IMG/VR virus record: IMGVR_UViG_3300044730_002040
Location: 1 to 64,000 of that record
Source: a virus
Lineage: Duplodnaviria; Caudoviricetes
Strand: one strand, 5' to 3'
DNA: 64,000 nucleotides
The position numbers and the translations under genes were made by a program. Under the pieces are notes generated by a model. It was not told where the DNA came from and ran no database searches. It saw nothing but the letters and a program-made list of their open reading frames with translations. Positions 1 through 9,625 of the stretch are shown here, one piece after another; the stretch's first letter is position 1, and every line of letters begins with the position of its first letter.

Positions 1-2
1 CT

Positions 3-1682
3 CGCAGCAACAGGGTTCGCATAACTTGTTGACAGAAGTCCGTATTGTGTTGGTGTGGCATATTGAGTACTTCCTGGTTTGGGTCTTTTATCTTCGCTTT
101 TGAAAAGAATATTAAAATATTTGTCGACACTATCTGTGAACGCTTTTACTTGTTCGTTTGATTCTTCTTTGATTGTAGAAATAGCAATGCCGGCTCCTCT
201 CAAAATTTCAGGGGCTTGTTTTTTTATTGATTCGGTAGCTTCTGTGAATAATTTGTTGAGAGCTTCTTTTTCCTTTTCTGGTGTTAATCCCTGTTGTCGA
301 ATTGCGGTTTCCTCTTTTCTAACATTACCCAAATATTCTCTGAAACCCGATGTTTGCATAACTTTTTGAAACGCTCCCATGGATTCTCTTGTAAGTTTTG
401 TTGTACTTTCTATTGAACTTTGAACATTGGGTAGATTGAAGAACGCGGTTGACATAGTCTCTCTCAATCCTTTAATTTCCCCCAACATCAACTCAGCCGT
501 ATTCAATTGTGATTGTTGGATTTCTTCAATTGTTTTAGGTGCTTTTGATTGTTGTTCTATAAGTCTTTTGAATTCTGTTTCAGTTAATTCAGTTAATTTC
601 TGTTGATACTCATTCCCCCTTTCATCTTTGATGCTCACCTCATACTCTCCACCTTCCCCCATCCTTGCAACGTTGGCAATCAACATTTTATTTTCATCAC
701 TAACTTCAAAATTCAACCCCGTTGCGTTAATTTTTGCAAGTTTTACATCCATCTCTGCCGCGGCTAATGCGGTTTTTCTCAACTCTGCTGCACTTATTCC
801 TGTGGCGTTAGCCAGCTCTCTCATTGTCAAAATTCCTTGAGGATTAATCTTGAAACTCCTTGTTTGTTCGTCGAAATAAGTGAATTGCTTTGTCATGTTT
901 ATCAGAGAAGTCTGTAAACCTGATGGGTCTGTTAAAGATTGATTAACAAGGGAAAGGGGGTCGGTTAGATTACCAACGGATACTCCAAGTCTTTGGAAAG
1001 CTGATGACATTTCGATAGCCGCTTCAGGGTCTAACATTTTTTCGGCAAAATCAAATGTTTTGGACATATCAAACCTCATCATTGAGGCTTGTGCCGCCAT
1101 TTTTGTTAACCCTTGAACTCCGTTCGCAAAATTAAATCTCGAAAGTTGTTCTGTGTTTGCAACAACGGATTGCATAACCACTTTCGCATTTTGTCCTATT
1201 CCTTGAACGTAACTTATGGAATCTGCTAAGTTCTCTGCAATGTTGTCGTAACTTATTCCTACTTTATCAAAGGCGTCTACTATTTTCAGTACCGATGTTC
1301 CTATAATTTCTCCTGCAGCAAATAACTCCCTTACATCTTTTGTTGATGCAACAATTTGAGTTCTTGTACCAGCAGCAATTTCACTAATAGTCTTACTAAC
1401 ATCTTCATATGTTCCCCCTAAACGTACTACATCAGGAGCAGCGTCGTTTATCGCTTTTTGCATCTCCTGTATTCTCAATCTACCACCAACAAAGGTCTTA
1501 TTCAATTCCTCAGATTGAATAATCAAGTCTTCGAACATATCAAAAAGTCCTGATGCCCCCTCTTTCAAATCCGTCATCCTTTTCAGGGTCTTATCTAACT
1601 CAGCAGATAGTGCACTAAAATCCGTGGCTTTAACCGCCTGTTTTGCAGCTTCATTCTGTTCGTCTGTTGTCTGAAAAAACAT
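3..1682 (-). CDS. Putative tail tape measure protein (N-terminal part; runs off the left edge of the window)
   Basis: Not in the ORF track. ATG at 1682 gives MFFQTTDEQNEAAKQAVKATDFSALSAELDKTLKRMTDLK..., an Ala/Gln/Lys-rich helical sequence that appears open to the window edge. It lies directly downstream of the tube and chaperone genes and is preceded by TATTTATA. Confidence 0.7.
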   Translation of the reverse strand, partial: MFFQTTDEQNEAAKQAVKATDFSALSAELDKTLKRMTDLKEGASGLFDMFEDLIIQSEELNKTFVGGRLRIQEMQKAINDAAPDVVRLGGTYEDVSKTISEIAAGTRTQIVASTKDVRELFAAGEIIGTSVLKIVDAFDKVGISYDNIAENLADSISYVQGIGQNAKVVMQSVVANTEQLSRFNFANGVQGLTKMAAQASMMRFDMSKTFDFAEKMLDPEAAIEMSSAFQRLGVSVGNLTDPLSLVNQSLTDPSGLQTSLINMTKQFTYFDEQTRSFKINPQGILTMRELANATGISAAELRKTALAAAEMDVKLAKINATGLNFEVSDENKMLIANVARMGEGGEYEVSIKDERGNEYQQKLTELTETEFKRLIEQQSKAPKTIEEIQQSQLNTAELMLGEIKGLRETMSTAFFNLPNVQSSIESTTKLTRESMGAFQKVMQTSGFREYLGNVRKEETAIRQQGLTPEKEKEALNKLFTEATESIKKQAPEILRGAGIAISTIKEESNEQVKAFTDSVDKYFNILFKSEDKRPKPGSTQYATPTQYGLLSTSYANPVAA

Positions 1683-1711
1683 TTGTGTTTTTTTCTATAA
1701 ATAGAGATTTT

Positions 1712-1879
1712 TTATTTTTCTGGTGAATTAATCTCTATCCACTTATCCAAAAGATATTTCCGTACAAATATGGGCATGATTAGGAAGTCTGAATAACTTA
1801 CCTTAAGGAGTGTACTTAAATAATAAAACTCGTCTAATTGGTTTTTTCTATAATCAGAAGAAAGGGCGAAAAAATTCAA
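1712..1879 (-). CDS. Small tail/baseplate assembly chaperone extension (T4 gp51-like / gpT-like), in the +1 frame of the upstream gene
   Basis: Manual translation: LNFFALSSDYRKNQLDEFYYLSTLLKVSYSDFLIMPIFVRKYLLDKWIEINSPEK*. It overlaps the 3' end of 1854..2600, fills the gap before the tape measure gene, and has no early ATG (only TTG). Confidence 0.7.
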   Translation of the reverse strand: MNFFALSSDYRKNQLDEFYYLSTLLKVSYSDFLIMPIFVRKYLLDKWIEINSPEK

Positions 1880-2600
1880 CCCCAAAACTAACGTTCACGG
1901 TTAGTCTTTCTCCTGATGGGGCAATTACAACTCTTCTTAAATCTAATCTTGGTTCATTATCAAACAAGAAATTTCTTATGTATTTGGAATCTGATATTGG
2001 GAGTTGTTCAACAAATTTCGCAATTTCTCCCTTGTCCGAATTACCATCTACCTCCAATATTTGTCTTTGTAATAAAAGTGTTACCTTAGGTGGTACTCTA
2101 CCCTGTGGATATGAGTCCAAAATTTTTTGAAGTTCCGTTTGTTCTCCGTAGGTTAGAATTTTTAATTTGACATTAACTCCCGACTTTGGTAGTGTGGTGT
2201 TATATGTTCCGTCTTCGTTTGGTTCTTGTTTCGGTTGTTTTATATCCAATTCATCCAATCTAACATTTGTATCAAAACTCTTTTTAGTTTGAGGGTCAAT
2301 CAAAGTTAGTTGCATTTCAGGACCAAATGATGTGTTTCTCAAGAAAATCAAAATCGCTTCAACATCTCCCTCTAACAAATCATCAATCCTCATATCAGGT
2401 TCATAGATTTTGTTTCTTAATAAAGAACCTGTGATATCATCTGTACCACCCAATAAGATATTCTCATCTGCGGCTGTCAAATATCCAACCTTGAGGGATT
2501 TCTTTTTGTTTTTATAAAATCTCCCTCCTGAGGGGAGTGGTACTACGTCGTGTGGTAAACTTAAAAACTGTTGACCGAATTCTCTTGATTTATCTTCCAT
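1854..2600 (-). CDS. Baseplate hub / tail assembly chaperone (T4 gp26-like)
   Basis: VPLPSGGRFY...LTAADENIL...IFLRNTSFG...TLPKSG and a C-terminal FF, as in gp26-like proteins; located between tube and tape measure. Confidence 0.7.
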   Translation of the reverse strand: MEDKSREFGQQFLSLPHDVVPLPSGGRFYKNKKKSLKVGYLTAADENILLGGTDDITGSLLRNKIYEPDMRIDDLLEGDVEAILIFLRNTSFGPEMQLTLIDPQTKKSFDTNVRLDELDIKQPKQEPNEDGTYNTTLPKSGVNVKLKILTYGEQTELQKILDSYPQGRVPPKVTLLLQRQILEVDGNSDKGEIAKFVEQLPISDSKYIRNFLFDNEPRLDLRRVVIAPSGERLTVNVSFGVEFFRPFF

Positions 2601-2601
2601 A

Positions 2602-2638
2602 TAAAAAAATAACCGTAAAGTTTATGTCTTTACGGTTA
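2602..2638 (-). terminator. Rho-independent terminator after the tail tube gene
   Basis: TAACCGTAAAG-N7-CTTTACGGTTA inverted repeat followed by a T-run on the minus strand. Confidence 0.65.
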
Positions 2639-2671
2639 AATATAAATGCTATTGATTTTTAATAAAGAGTA

Positions 2672-3160
2672 TTAGTATACTAACACACATCTGTCCATTC
2701 TAAGTTCCGCTGTAATATCAGCTAAGTTGTCTGTGTTGTATGCTAATGAACCAAAGTTTACAGAGGTTAAGAATGTTCCGTATAAAATCCATTTTTCTAC
2801 AACAACACCCGTTGGGTCCAACATTTCGAGGTCGATATCTTTTTTGTAACCCGCAGCATATCCCATACGACCTGTCACAGACTCGGCGTGTAAACGTACC
2901 CACTCCATAAGTGCTTGTGCTGCTGAAGGACCAATTGGGTCTCTGAACTTAACGGAAATTGGGTCCCAATTAAATCTTCCCGCAACGAAAGTCGACGTAT
3001 TCAAAAATTCAATTTCTTTTGATGCGATTTTAATAGATGGTCTTGCTGCAGATTCAACAAACCACTCATTTATACCCAATGAAGAAGGAAATCTAAGAAT
3101 GAATCGATTCTGTCGTTTCGGTTCATAAGGTATTGGCATTTTCATCAGTAAATCAGCCAT
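2672..3160 (-). CDS. Tail tube protein (T4 gp19-like)
   Basis: EPKRQNRF...AGRFNWDPISVKFRD...YKKDIDLEMLDPTGVVVEKWILYGTF; 162 aa; downstream of the sheath gene. Confidence 0.9.
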   Translation of the reverse strand: MADLLMKMPIPYEPKRQNRFILRFPSSLGINEWFVESAARPSIKIASKEIEFLNTSTFVAGRFNWDPISVKFRDPIGPSAAQALMEWVRLHAESVTGRMGYAAGYKKDIDLEMLDPTGVVVEKWILYGTFLTSVNFGSLAYNTDNLADITAELRMDRCVLVY

Positions 3161-3251
3161 GTTATTATAATTTTGTTTCTATTGTTTATATCCTATAAAT
3201 ATAGGGTGTTAGAAAATATTTCTATTTACTTTTTTCACGAAATGATAAATA

Positions 3252-4076
3252 TTATTTTACTTCTTTCTTCTTGCCTCCAGCAGTAGAATAAGTTTTTATC
3301 TCTGGTTTATTTTTAAAAGCCTTTTTCATTACTTCTACATTTCTTAAATCATCATCAGAAAATCCAATAACTGGTTTAGAAGGAATGAATTTATTTCCTA
3401 TATCTTTTTTAAGAAAGGCCTTTTTGTTAAGAACTGCAGCCATACCTTTAATGTAATCCACAAAATCTTGCATCGCCATTACTTTAGCCTCCTCAGGATT
3501 AATCGCATTTTTTTCGTCCCCAAAAGTCACAGGAAAATATTTGTTCATTGCTAAGTATGTCTTAATTAACTCATCATCATCCATCTCTTCTTCACCAACA
3601 AAAGAACGGTACTTCCGTAAATTTTTCAAAAGTTCATCTTTATTTATACCTCCGAAACCAGTTAAAATGTAGTTGTAGACCGATTCTTTAATTGCGTTTG
3701 GGTTGTGTCCTCTGGCTGTGATGATAGAGAAAATGGACCCATTGTTAATAGCTTCTCTGAAGTCTTTAAAAGCGGGTCCTAATTTTGCTTTGAGGGAATC
3801 TGTTATAAACTTCTTGTCTCCCTCAGTTCTAAAATTTCTGAAAGCGTTTTCCGCAAAACCAGTAATTTTTTTTCCTTTATAATTAATATCTTTTTTTCCT
3901 ATGTCCGTCCTGTACTTCGCAAAATCTTCTGTACTCATACCTACCTCATTACCATCTTCATCTAATAAGATAATTTCGGTCGGCATATGGACAATATTAT
4001 CATCCCAATCAAAAGCATAATACTTGAGTTCGGGGGTTGTTTCATCTATAAAAGCTTCTTTAATAATAGGTTCCAT
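3252..4076 (-). CDS. HAD-superfamily phosphatase-like protein
   Basis: HAD motif I FDWDDN, motif II ITARG, motif III K and motif IV FSDDD. Confidence 0.7.
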   Translation of the reverse strand: MEPIIKEAFIDETTPELKYYAFDWDDNIVHMPTEIILLDEDGNEVGMSTEDFAKYRTDIGKKDINYKGKKITGFAENAFRNFRTEGDKKFITDSLKAKLGPAFKDFREAINNGSIFSIITARGHNPNAIKESVYNYILTGFGGINKDELLKNLRKYRSFVGEEEMDDDELIKTYLAMNKYFPVTFGDEKNAINPEEAKVMAMQDFVDYIKGMAAVLNKKAFLKKDIGNKFIPSKPVIGFSDDDLRNVEVMKKAFKNKPEIKTYSTAGGKKKEVK

Positions 4077-4084
4077 AAAAGGCT

Positions 4085-4112
4085 AAAAAAAGGGGGGAGC
4101 TAATCCCCCCTT
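4085..4112 (-). terminator. Rho-independent terminator after the tail sheath gene
   Basis: Minus strand AAGGGGGG-ATTAGCT-CCCCCCTT followed by a T-run. Confidence 0.85.
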
Positions 4113-4117
4113 CCTTA

Positions 4118-7100
4118 TTAGATATTTTCGAACGAAGCTCCTGTTGGTGTGATAAAGAATTCAATATCAATGAACTCAAGAGCTTTCGTTGGTTTAAGGT
4201 AAATTTTACCTGTTAATGTGTTTCTGTCCAAATCTTCAGGAGAAGAAGAAACTGTTACACGGAAATCGTAAAGACCTCTATCTCTTCTAATTCCATCGAG
4301 GATTGGGTTCACACTATCCAAGAACTGTTGTCTCACGATTTGGTCGTTCTGTTCGAACAACAATCTAACCGCTACAGCTGAAATTAATTTACGAGCTTGT
4401 AACAACAATCTTCTTACGTTTAATCTGTTAAGTGCGGTATCTGCAACTTGTAGTGTTTTATTACCCCAAATTACGGTTCCTACATCAGCAAATGTTGCGA
4501 TAGGATTAATTCTACCTTGATAAAGAGTATCTCTATCTTCTTGTGTCAACTTAACTCTCGCTTTGATAGAATTTACCAAACCTCTTGTGTAACCCGCTGT
4601 TGCGAACCAAGGGAAGGAAATGTTGTCAGTCAAAGCTAAGTTTCTACAAACCTCACCAGTTGCTGGTAGATAGATTTGTGTGTTGTTAACAGTATCCCTT
4701 GTTAAAATCCAAGGATAGTAAGTTGAAGTATAGTTAGAGTCAATTCCTGTGTTATCCAAATTATCTACAGCCTCCTGAGGGTAAATAATTTGTAGTGAGT
4801 CACTTCCATCAGGACTATACATATCGTAGTCAGGTGTAGTAACAATATAAACAGAGTCAGCTCTTTGGAACTGTATCATGTCGATTGCTTCTTCACACAA
4901 GTTAGAGTTATTTACGTAGTCGATACTTGCAGTTGCGAAAACGTTAATGTTAGTTGATTCAGGGTTACGGTATGTCAAAATACCCAACAAATAAGCGTAG
5001 TAGTCAGTGTTAGCAAAGTCTTGAGTATTGTTTTCTACAACAATTCTCTTGAACAGTCCTTGACCTGTAGCATTTGGATATCTTACAGAAGGTGCCGCCC
5101 CAGCTAAGTAACCTGACGCTCCGAGTTGGAACCTGTCTTCATTTGTTCTATGTTCACTATAAATGTCCCATCCATCAAATCCACCAGCAAAACATACTGT
5201 GAATTTTCTTGAATAAATGAAGTAGTAAGGGTTTTCTTGAGTTTCAGGGTCAGCTGTAAAGTTAGCTACACCACACTCATATGCTGGTTGTCCACTAGTT
5301 GTGTAGATATTTCCTATTGAAATTACAGTAGCACCTGAGTCCATATGGAAACCTTTAGTAAGTCCGTTCCAAGGAATAGATTCAGTTGTATCAGCCCAAT
5401 CAATTTGAGGGTTTTGTTGTCCCAAATATTGTAGGAAAGAATCATCAATACCATAGTAAGATGAGAAACCTAAATATGTTCTTCTTATAACATCACCAGG
5501 AGCTAAAGTAGTGTTAGGTCCACCTGATGTATTTCCAAAAGGAGGATTCCAAATTGTTTCTTGAGGATAAAAATATCTTGTTTTGTAAACAATATTAGGT
5601 CCTTGATTTGTAGCACTTTCATAAATTCTTTGAGTGTAACCATTAAATCCACAAGGTAATGCGTCAATTGGGGCATTTTCAGCCATTTCAACCATTACAT
5701 ATCTTGAAATTAATGCAAACTCACCATCTGAAGAACCAATTTTCTTAGCAACGAAGTTGTTAGAGCCTGGGTCCATTGTACAATTGGTGAACTTCTCAAT
5801 TACAACTGGATTAGCATCTGTGTCAAAGAAATTTCTAATCAAAATATCGAAAGTCATATTATTATATGACATATTAGCAATAGAAACTTTTACCTCCGAG
5901 TTTGCAGCATCTCCATCAGATATTGAGATAAATCTAAACAAATCATACACTTTATTACCTCTTAATTCAGAAACAATGAAAGGTGTTTTAGGAGATTGAT
6001 ATTTTTGAAGTTTCCAAGCAATTGAAGAACTTGAAGGAGTTCCTGTTGCTGGTCTAGCACCTGGTAAAGCAATCAAATTACAATTTAATCCTCTAATATA
6101 ACTTAGATTATATCCATATGTTAAAGAACCCGGATATATTTCTTCTACAAAGAGAGGAACCTCGTTTCTTGGTTTACCAAAGTTGTCAACACCTAATACT
6201 TTCGTAATGTATTCAGAAGATGTAGATTGAAGAGAGGTTTCAAATTGGAAAGTATCACCATCTTTAGTAACACCTGAAATTCCAAAAAGAGAGAAAGGAT
6301 TTTGTGTAACTCCGGTGTATTGTCCAGTACAAATTAAATCAACGTCAGTTAATCCAGTAACCTCATATATTGGTCCGTGGTTAAGACTTGTGGAACTGTT
6401 CGTAAACAAAGATATACCTCTTGAACGAAGTGTTGCAACAACCATATTATTCCACTCACTGAACGCACTTCCCGAATATGTAAAAATTGTTCCTGATACA
6501 GTTCCTGAGAAAACTCCAACACTTGGATTAATCATTTGATTAATTGCCCAATAAAATGAATAACCACCATAATCATTACCTGTTTGTAAATCAAAGTTAG
6601 CGTAGTACCAAGCATCATTGTCTCCTGCAGACAAATCATTATTGTCCAAGTTAACATTATCAACACCGAATTCATTTGTGAAACCGGTATATCCAGCACT
6701 TAATACGTTTAAATAATTTGAACTTGGAATTGCTCCCCAAGCAAATGCTGTATTACCTGATAAACTGTTGTTAGAAAATACAGACAACAACGCATCAGTA
6801 AAATCGTTATTGAAAGTAGAAGTACTACCATCATTCAAAGTATAAAGACTATTGAAGTTTGTTGCAATTACCCCTGGTAAACTTGAGAAATTTACTGTTC
6901 CACCAGTGTTTCCTGAGAACACACTTGTAAAATTGATTGCAGCAACTCCTGTGTCAATATCAATTGTTGTTGGGTCAGGATTTGCCACCAAGGAAATACT
7001 CCAAGATGGACCCGCATCGTAACCAGACAATCCCAACACTCTTGTTACAAAAAGTTGGTTTGATTGTTGTAAGTAAGATTTTGCAATGTATGCAGCTTCG

Positions 7101-7333
7101 TACTTTGGAATTTGTGTATTTACAAACTTCACAGGTTCAGTTCCTCCAAAGAAGGCTTGAAACTCATCATAGTTTGTTATGAAAACAGGTTCGAAAGCAG
7201 GACCTTTGATAGTCTCTCCTACCAAACCTAATGTTGTTACACCAACGCTTTGAGCCACAAATGATAAGTCGGTCTCAGAAGTATAGACGCCAGGTGAAAC
7301 ATAAACTTTTTGGTTTACAGTTGTTGTTGCCAT
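4118..7333 (-). CDS. Contractile tail sheath protein (T4 gp18-like) with large insertions
   Basis: N-terminal SPGVYTSETDLS...GPAFEP; C-terminal YYPW, PWFATAGYTRG, LYQGRINPI, VIWGNKTL, RLNVRRLLL, LFEQND, PTKALEFIDIEF. Confidence 0.95.
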   Translation of the reverse strand: MATTTVNQKVYVSPGVYTSETDLSFVAQSVGVTTLGLVGETIKGPAFEPVFITNYDEFQAFFGGTEPVKFVNTQIPKYEAAYIAKSYLQQSNQLFVTRVLGLSGYDAGPSWSISLVANPDPTTIDIDTGVAAINFTSVFSGNTGGTVNFSSLPGVIATNFNSLYTLNDGSTSTFNNDFTDALLSVFSNNSLSGNTAFAWGAIPSSNYLNVLSAGYTGFTNEFGVDNVNLDNNDLSAGDNDAWYYANFDLQTGNDYGGYSFYWAINQMINPSVGVFSGTVSGTIFTYSGSAFSEWNNMVVATLRSRGISLFTNSSTSLNHGPIYEVTGLTDVDLICTGQYTGVTQNPFSLFGISGVTKDGDTFQFETSLQSTSSEYITKVLGVDNFGKPRNEVPLFVEEIYPGSLTYGYNLSYIRGLNCNLIALPGARPATGTPSSSSIAWKLQKYQSPKTPFIVSELRGNKVYDLFRFISISDGDAANSEVKVSIANMSYNNMTFDILIRNFFDTDANPVVIEKFTNCTMDPGSNNFVAKKIGSSDGEFALISRYVMVEMAENAPIDALPCGFNGYTQRIYESATNQGPNIVYKTRYFYPQETIWNPPFGNTSGGPNTTLAPGDVIRRTYLGFSSYYGIDDSFLQYLGQQNPQIDWADTTESIPWNGLTKGFHMDSGATVISIGNIYTTSGQPAYECGVANFTADPETQENPYYFIYSRKFTVCFAGGFDGWDIYSEHRTNEDRFQLGASGYLAGAAPSVRYPNATGQGLFKRIVVENNTQDFANTDYYAYLLGILTYRNPESTNINVFATASIDYVNNSNLCEEAIDMIQFQRADSVYIVTTPDYDMYSPDGSDSLQIIYPQEAVDNLDNTGIDSNYTSTYYPWILTRDTVNNTQIYLPATGEVCRNLALTDNISFPWFATAGYTRGLVNSIKARVKLTQEDRDTLYQGRINPIATFADVGTVIWGNKTLQVADTALNRLNVRRLLLQARKLISAVAVRLLFEQNDQIVRQQFLDSVNPILDGIRRDRGLYDFRVTVSSSPEDLDRNTLTGKIYLKPTKALEFIDIEFFITPTGASFENI

Positions 7334-7452
7334 TATTAAAAATTATTCTGTCAGATTTATTTTATTGATAAATATTCTAATACGAATGAAAAAACTTTAC
7401 TTTTAACTATCTATTTATAAACGGTGAGAATAAATTCTGCCTTTTTTCTACC

Positions 7453-7614
7453 ATGAGGACTAAGAAAGAAATCAAAAACATAAAAATTGACCCTACAGTA
7501 CACGAAATCCTAAAAAAGTATTGTGATAAGAGGGGAATTAAAATTTATAAATTTTTGGAAAATCTGATACTTGAAAAGTGTCAGGAGAAAAAAGATATCT
7601 ACGGGGAAGGTTAG
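7453..7614 (+). CDS. Small ribbon-helix-helix-like DNA-binding protein (53 aa)
   Basis: Not in the ORF track. MRTKKEIKNIKIDPTVHEILKKYCDKRGIKIYKFLENLILEKCQEKKDIYGEG* shows a strand-helix-G-helix pattern typical of RHH proteins; TATTTATA at 7412. Confidence 0.6.
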   Translation: MRTKKEIKNIKIDPTVHEILKKYCDKRGIKIYKFLENLILEKCQEKKDIYGEG

Positions 7615-8651
7615 ACTAATTTGTTGTCAAAATTTATAACCGCCTCTTTGGTGTTATCAATTTTATCTACCTGTACATTCAATACATCGTTATATGTTAT
7701 TTGAATAAATGGTACGTCAGTCCCGTAAAAATTACCATTAATGTATACATCATATGATGAAATATTGTCTGTGGATAAAATCGACATGTTCGCAGTGAAA
7801 TCTATTTTTTCGCTGAGAGATGTTACCCCTGATAAAAATAAAAACTGAGTTGGAAACTGACTTGGGTTTTCAGGCCAAATTTTCCTTTTCTTTTTAAGTA
7901 CTGAAGTATCAACTTCCACCAATTGAGTAACCCTTTGAATTGCGGGTTTTACTTCGAACTCTTCTTCATCAATCAAATAACCTAGCATTGTAAAATCATA
8001 GGACTGAACATAATACTTTCTTGCATCCATGTTCATTTGAGATTCGTCACCAACATTGTTCAATATAATTGGAACATACTGCCCTTTGATAAAAGTATAA
8101 GCTTGTCTTGAAGCAAAAGTCTGCATTACATTTTTATTAAGTTGATTGAGTTCCCTCATTCTATTACAAATGATTTTCAAACTATAATTGATGTCCACAG
8201 GTACAGGTTGAGGTATTGTATATATGTCCATTCCTTGCATGTTTCCATCCCAAGTTGGTACCGAAGCATAATAAAACTGTTTCCTATTTGGTATGTTATA
8301 TTTTGTTGCGGGGTTGGAACCATATTTAACCTCGGGGCTTCTGACTAAAGTTATAAAGGGAGGACTAGGGTTGTAATCCAAATCAACAAATTTCCACGTT
8401 TCCAAATATTGTGTCCAATTCTGAGTTGTAATAATTATATCGAGGAAAGGCACAACCTTACCCGCAGTCACTACCTTTAATTCATTTTTAGAAAACTCTA
8501 ACATACCCTTATCCAAATCGGCATGAAGAACAGACTTTGGAAGATACGTACCATCTTTTTTAATGTACTCCAAAAGTTGTTCCCTTCTAGCACTCAAAGT
8601 TTTTTTGGGGACTAATGGTAATGTGGGCTTGACTTGTTTAGGTAGAGGCAT
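7611..8651 (-). CDS. Tail terminator / sheath stabiliser (T4 gp15-like)
   Basis: PQPVPVDINYSLKII...YDFTMLGYL resembles gp15-like proteins; next to neck and sheath genes. Confidence 0.55.
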   Translation of the reverse strand: MPLPKQVKPTLPLVPKKTLSARREQLLEYIKKDGTYLPKSVLHADLDKGMLEFSKNELKVVTAGKVVPFLDIIITTQNWTQYLETWKFVDLDYNPSPPFITLVRSPEVKYGSNPATKYNIPNRKQFYYASVPTWDGNMQGMDIYTIPQPVPVDINYSLKIICNRMRELNQLNKNVMQTFASRQAYTFIKGQYVPIILNNVGDESQMNMDARKYYVQSYDFTMLGYLIDEEEFEVKPAIQRVTQLVEVDTSVLKKKRKIWPENPSQFPTQFLFLSGVTSLSEKIDFTANMSILSTDNISSYDVYINGNFYGTDVPFIQITYNDVLNVQVDKIDNTKEAVINFDNKLV

Positions 8652-8653
8652 CT

Positions 8654-9067
8654 TTATTCTTCAATTATATATATTTTATTTTTTAGATTGACCATTTCAA
8701 CCTCACTAGCATTGAAGACTGGCTCGCCTGTTTTTTTAACTACGAAACTATCATACTTGTAAGGGTCATATGTCACCACCACACCATCCTCAGGTTCAAC
8801 CAAATCTTCACAAGGGAACTCACAATAATCAATCAAATTACCAATCACAAAGGCATGAACATTTTTTCTTTTTTCATCTCTTACCTTAGATTTACCACCC
8901 TCTCTAACTCTAAATTCAACATCATCAAGTTTTACGTAATCGGCATGAATTATGACCTTTCCTGAGTATGTCACTGAAAAAGTATGTTTGTGTAAGTTGT
9001 AATATACCATTACTCTCTCACCTAAAAACAAATTGTCGAACTGAGACTCTTTTATTAATATTTTCAT
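8654..9067 (-). CDS. Conserved phage protein of unknown function
   Basis: VYYNLHKHTFSV...REGGKSKVRDEKRKNVHAFVIG...YDPYK is a motif set I recognise from phage hypothetical proteins; N-terminal LIKE leader. Confidence 0.6.
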   Translation of the reverse strand: MKILIKESQFDNLFLGERVMVYYNLHKHTFSVTYSGKVIIHADYVKLDDVEFRVREGGKSKVRDEKRKNVHAFVIGNLIDYCEFPCEDLVEPEDGVVVTYDPYKYDSFVVKKTGEPVFNASEVEMVNLKNKIYIIEE

Positions 9068-9582
9068 TATATACCCCTGAATTCATTTTCACTAACATAA
9101 GTAGCGACAACCGTTCTGTAAAATGGTTTGTATCCACCATAAGTGTGTTTATTGTCCGACTTAACATACCCATCATCTGAGACAACATAGTATCTAACTC
9201 TATCCTCACTTTCATAATATCCCAAATAATCACCCATGAAAATTTCAACTTGTAAATCATCCAAGGTTTTTTGATAAACACTGAACCTCATATTACCAGG
9301 TTCTTGTTGTTCTACTCTTGAGTTTCCGAGGAATTTATTTGTAGGGGCTAAAACCTGAACATAACCTTTCAGCTCAACAGGCGCTAAGAATTGGATTCCA
9401 TCTTCCAACACCTCACCGTAGACATCATCTGTTTTGGTTTTATATCTGTCAATTCTATACAAAACAACGGTGAAGTTCATATCACCAATCAACCATTCCT
9501 GACCCATATCAATATCAAGAGCATAATCTTCACCACCGAAGAACTTACCAAGTCTAGTTATGGGAACTAAGTTTTCTGCCAT
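9067..9582 (-). CDS. Head closure / neck protein (T4 gp14-like)
   Basis: VVLYRID...DDVYGE...GDYLGY pattern; co-oriented with the gp15-like gene; TATTTAT upstream. Confidence 0.55.
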   Translation of the reverse strand: MAENLVPITRLGKFFGGEDYALDIDMGQEWLIGDMNFTVVLYRIDRYKTKTDDVYGEVLEDGIQFLAPVELKGYVQVLAPTNKFLGNSRVEQQEPGNMRFSVYQKTLDDLQVEIFMGDYLGYYESEDRVRYYVVSDDGYVKSDNKHTYGGYKPFYRTVVATYVSENEFRGI

Positions 9583-9625
9583 ATTGATAAATATATTTCT
9601 GTTTGTTATATTTCAATCAAAAGCT

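Noticed and set aside
79-2130. Plus-strand ORFs 79..369, 628..840 and 1810..2130
   Set aside because: They are antisense to the tape measure and chaperone genes and have no recognisable motifs.
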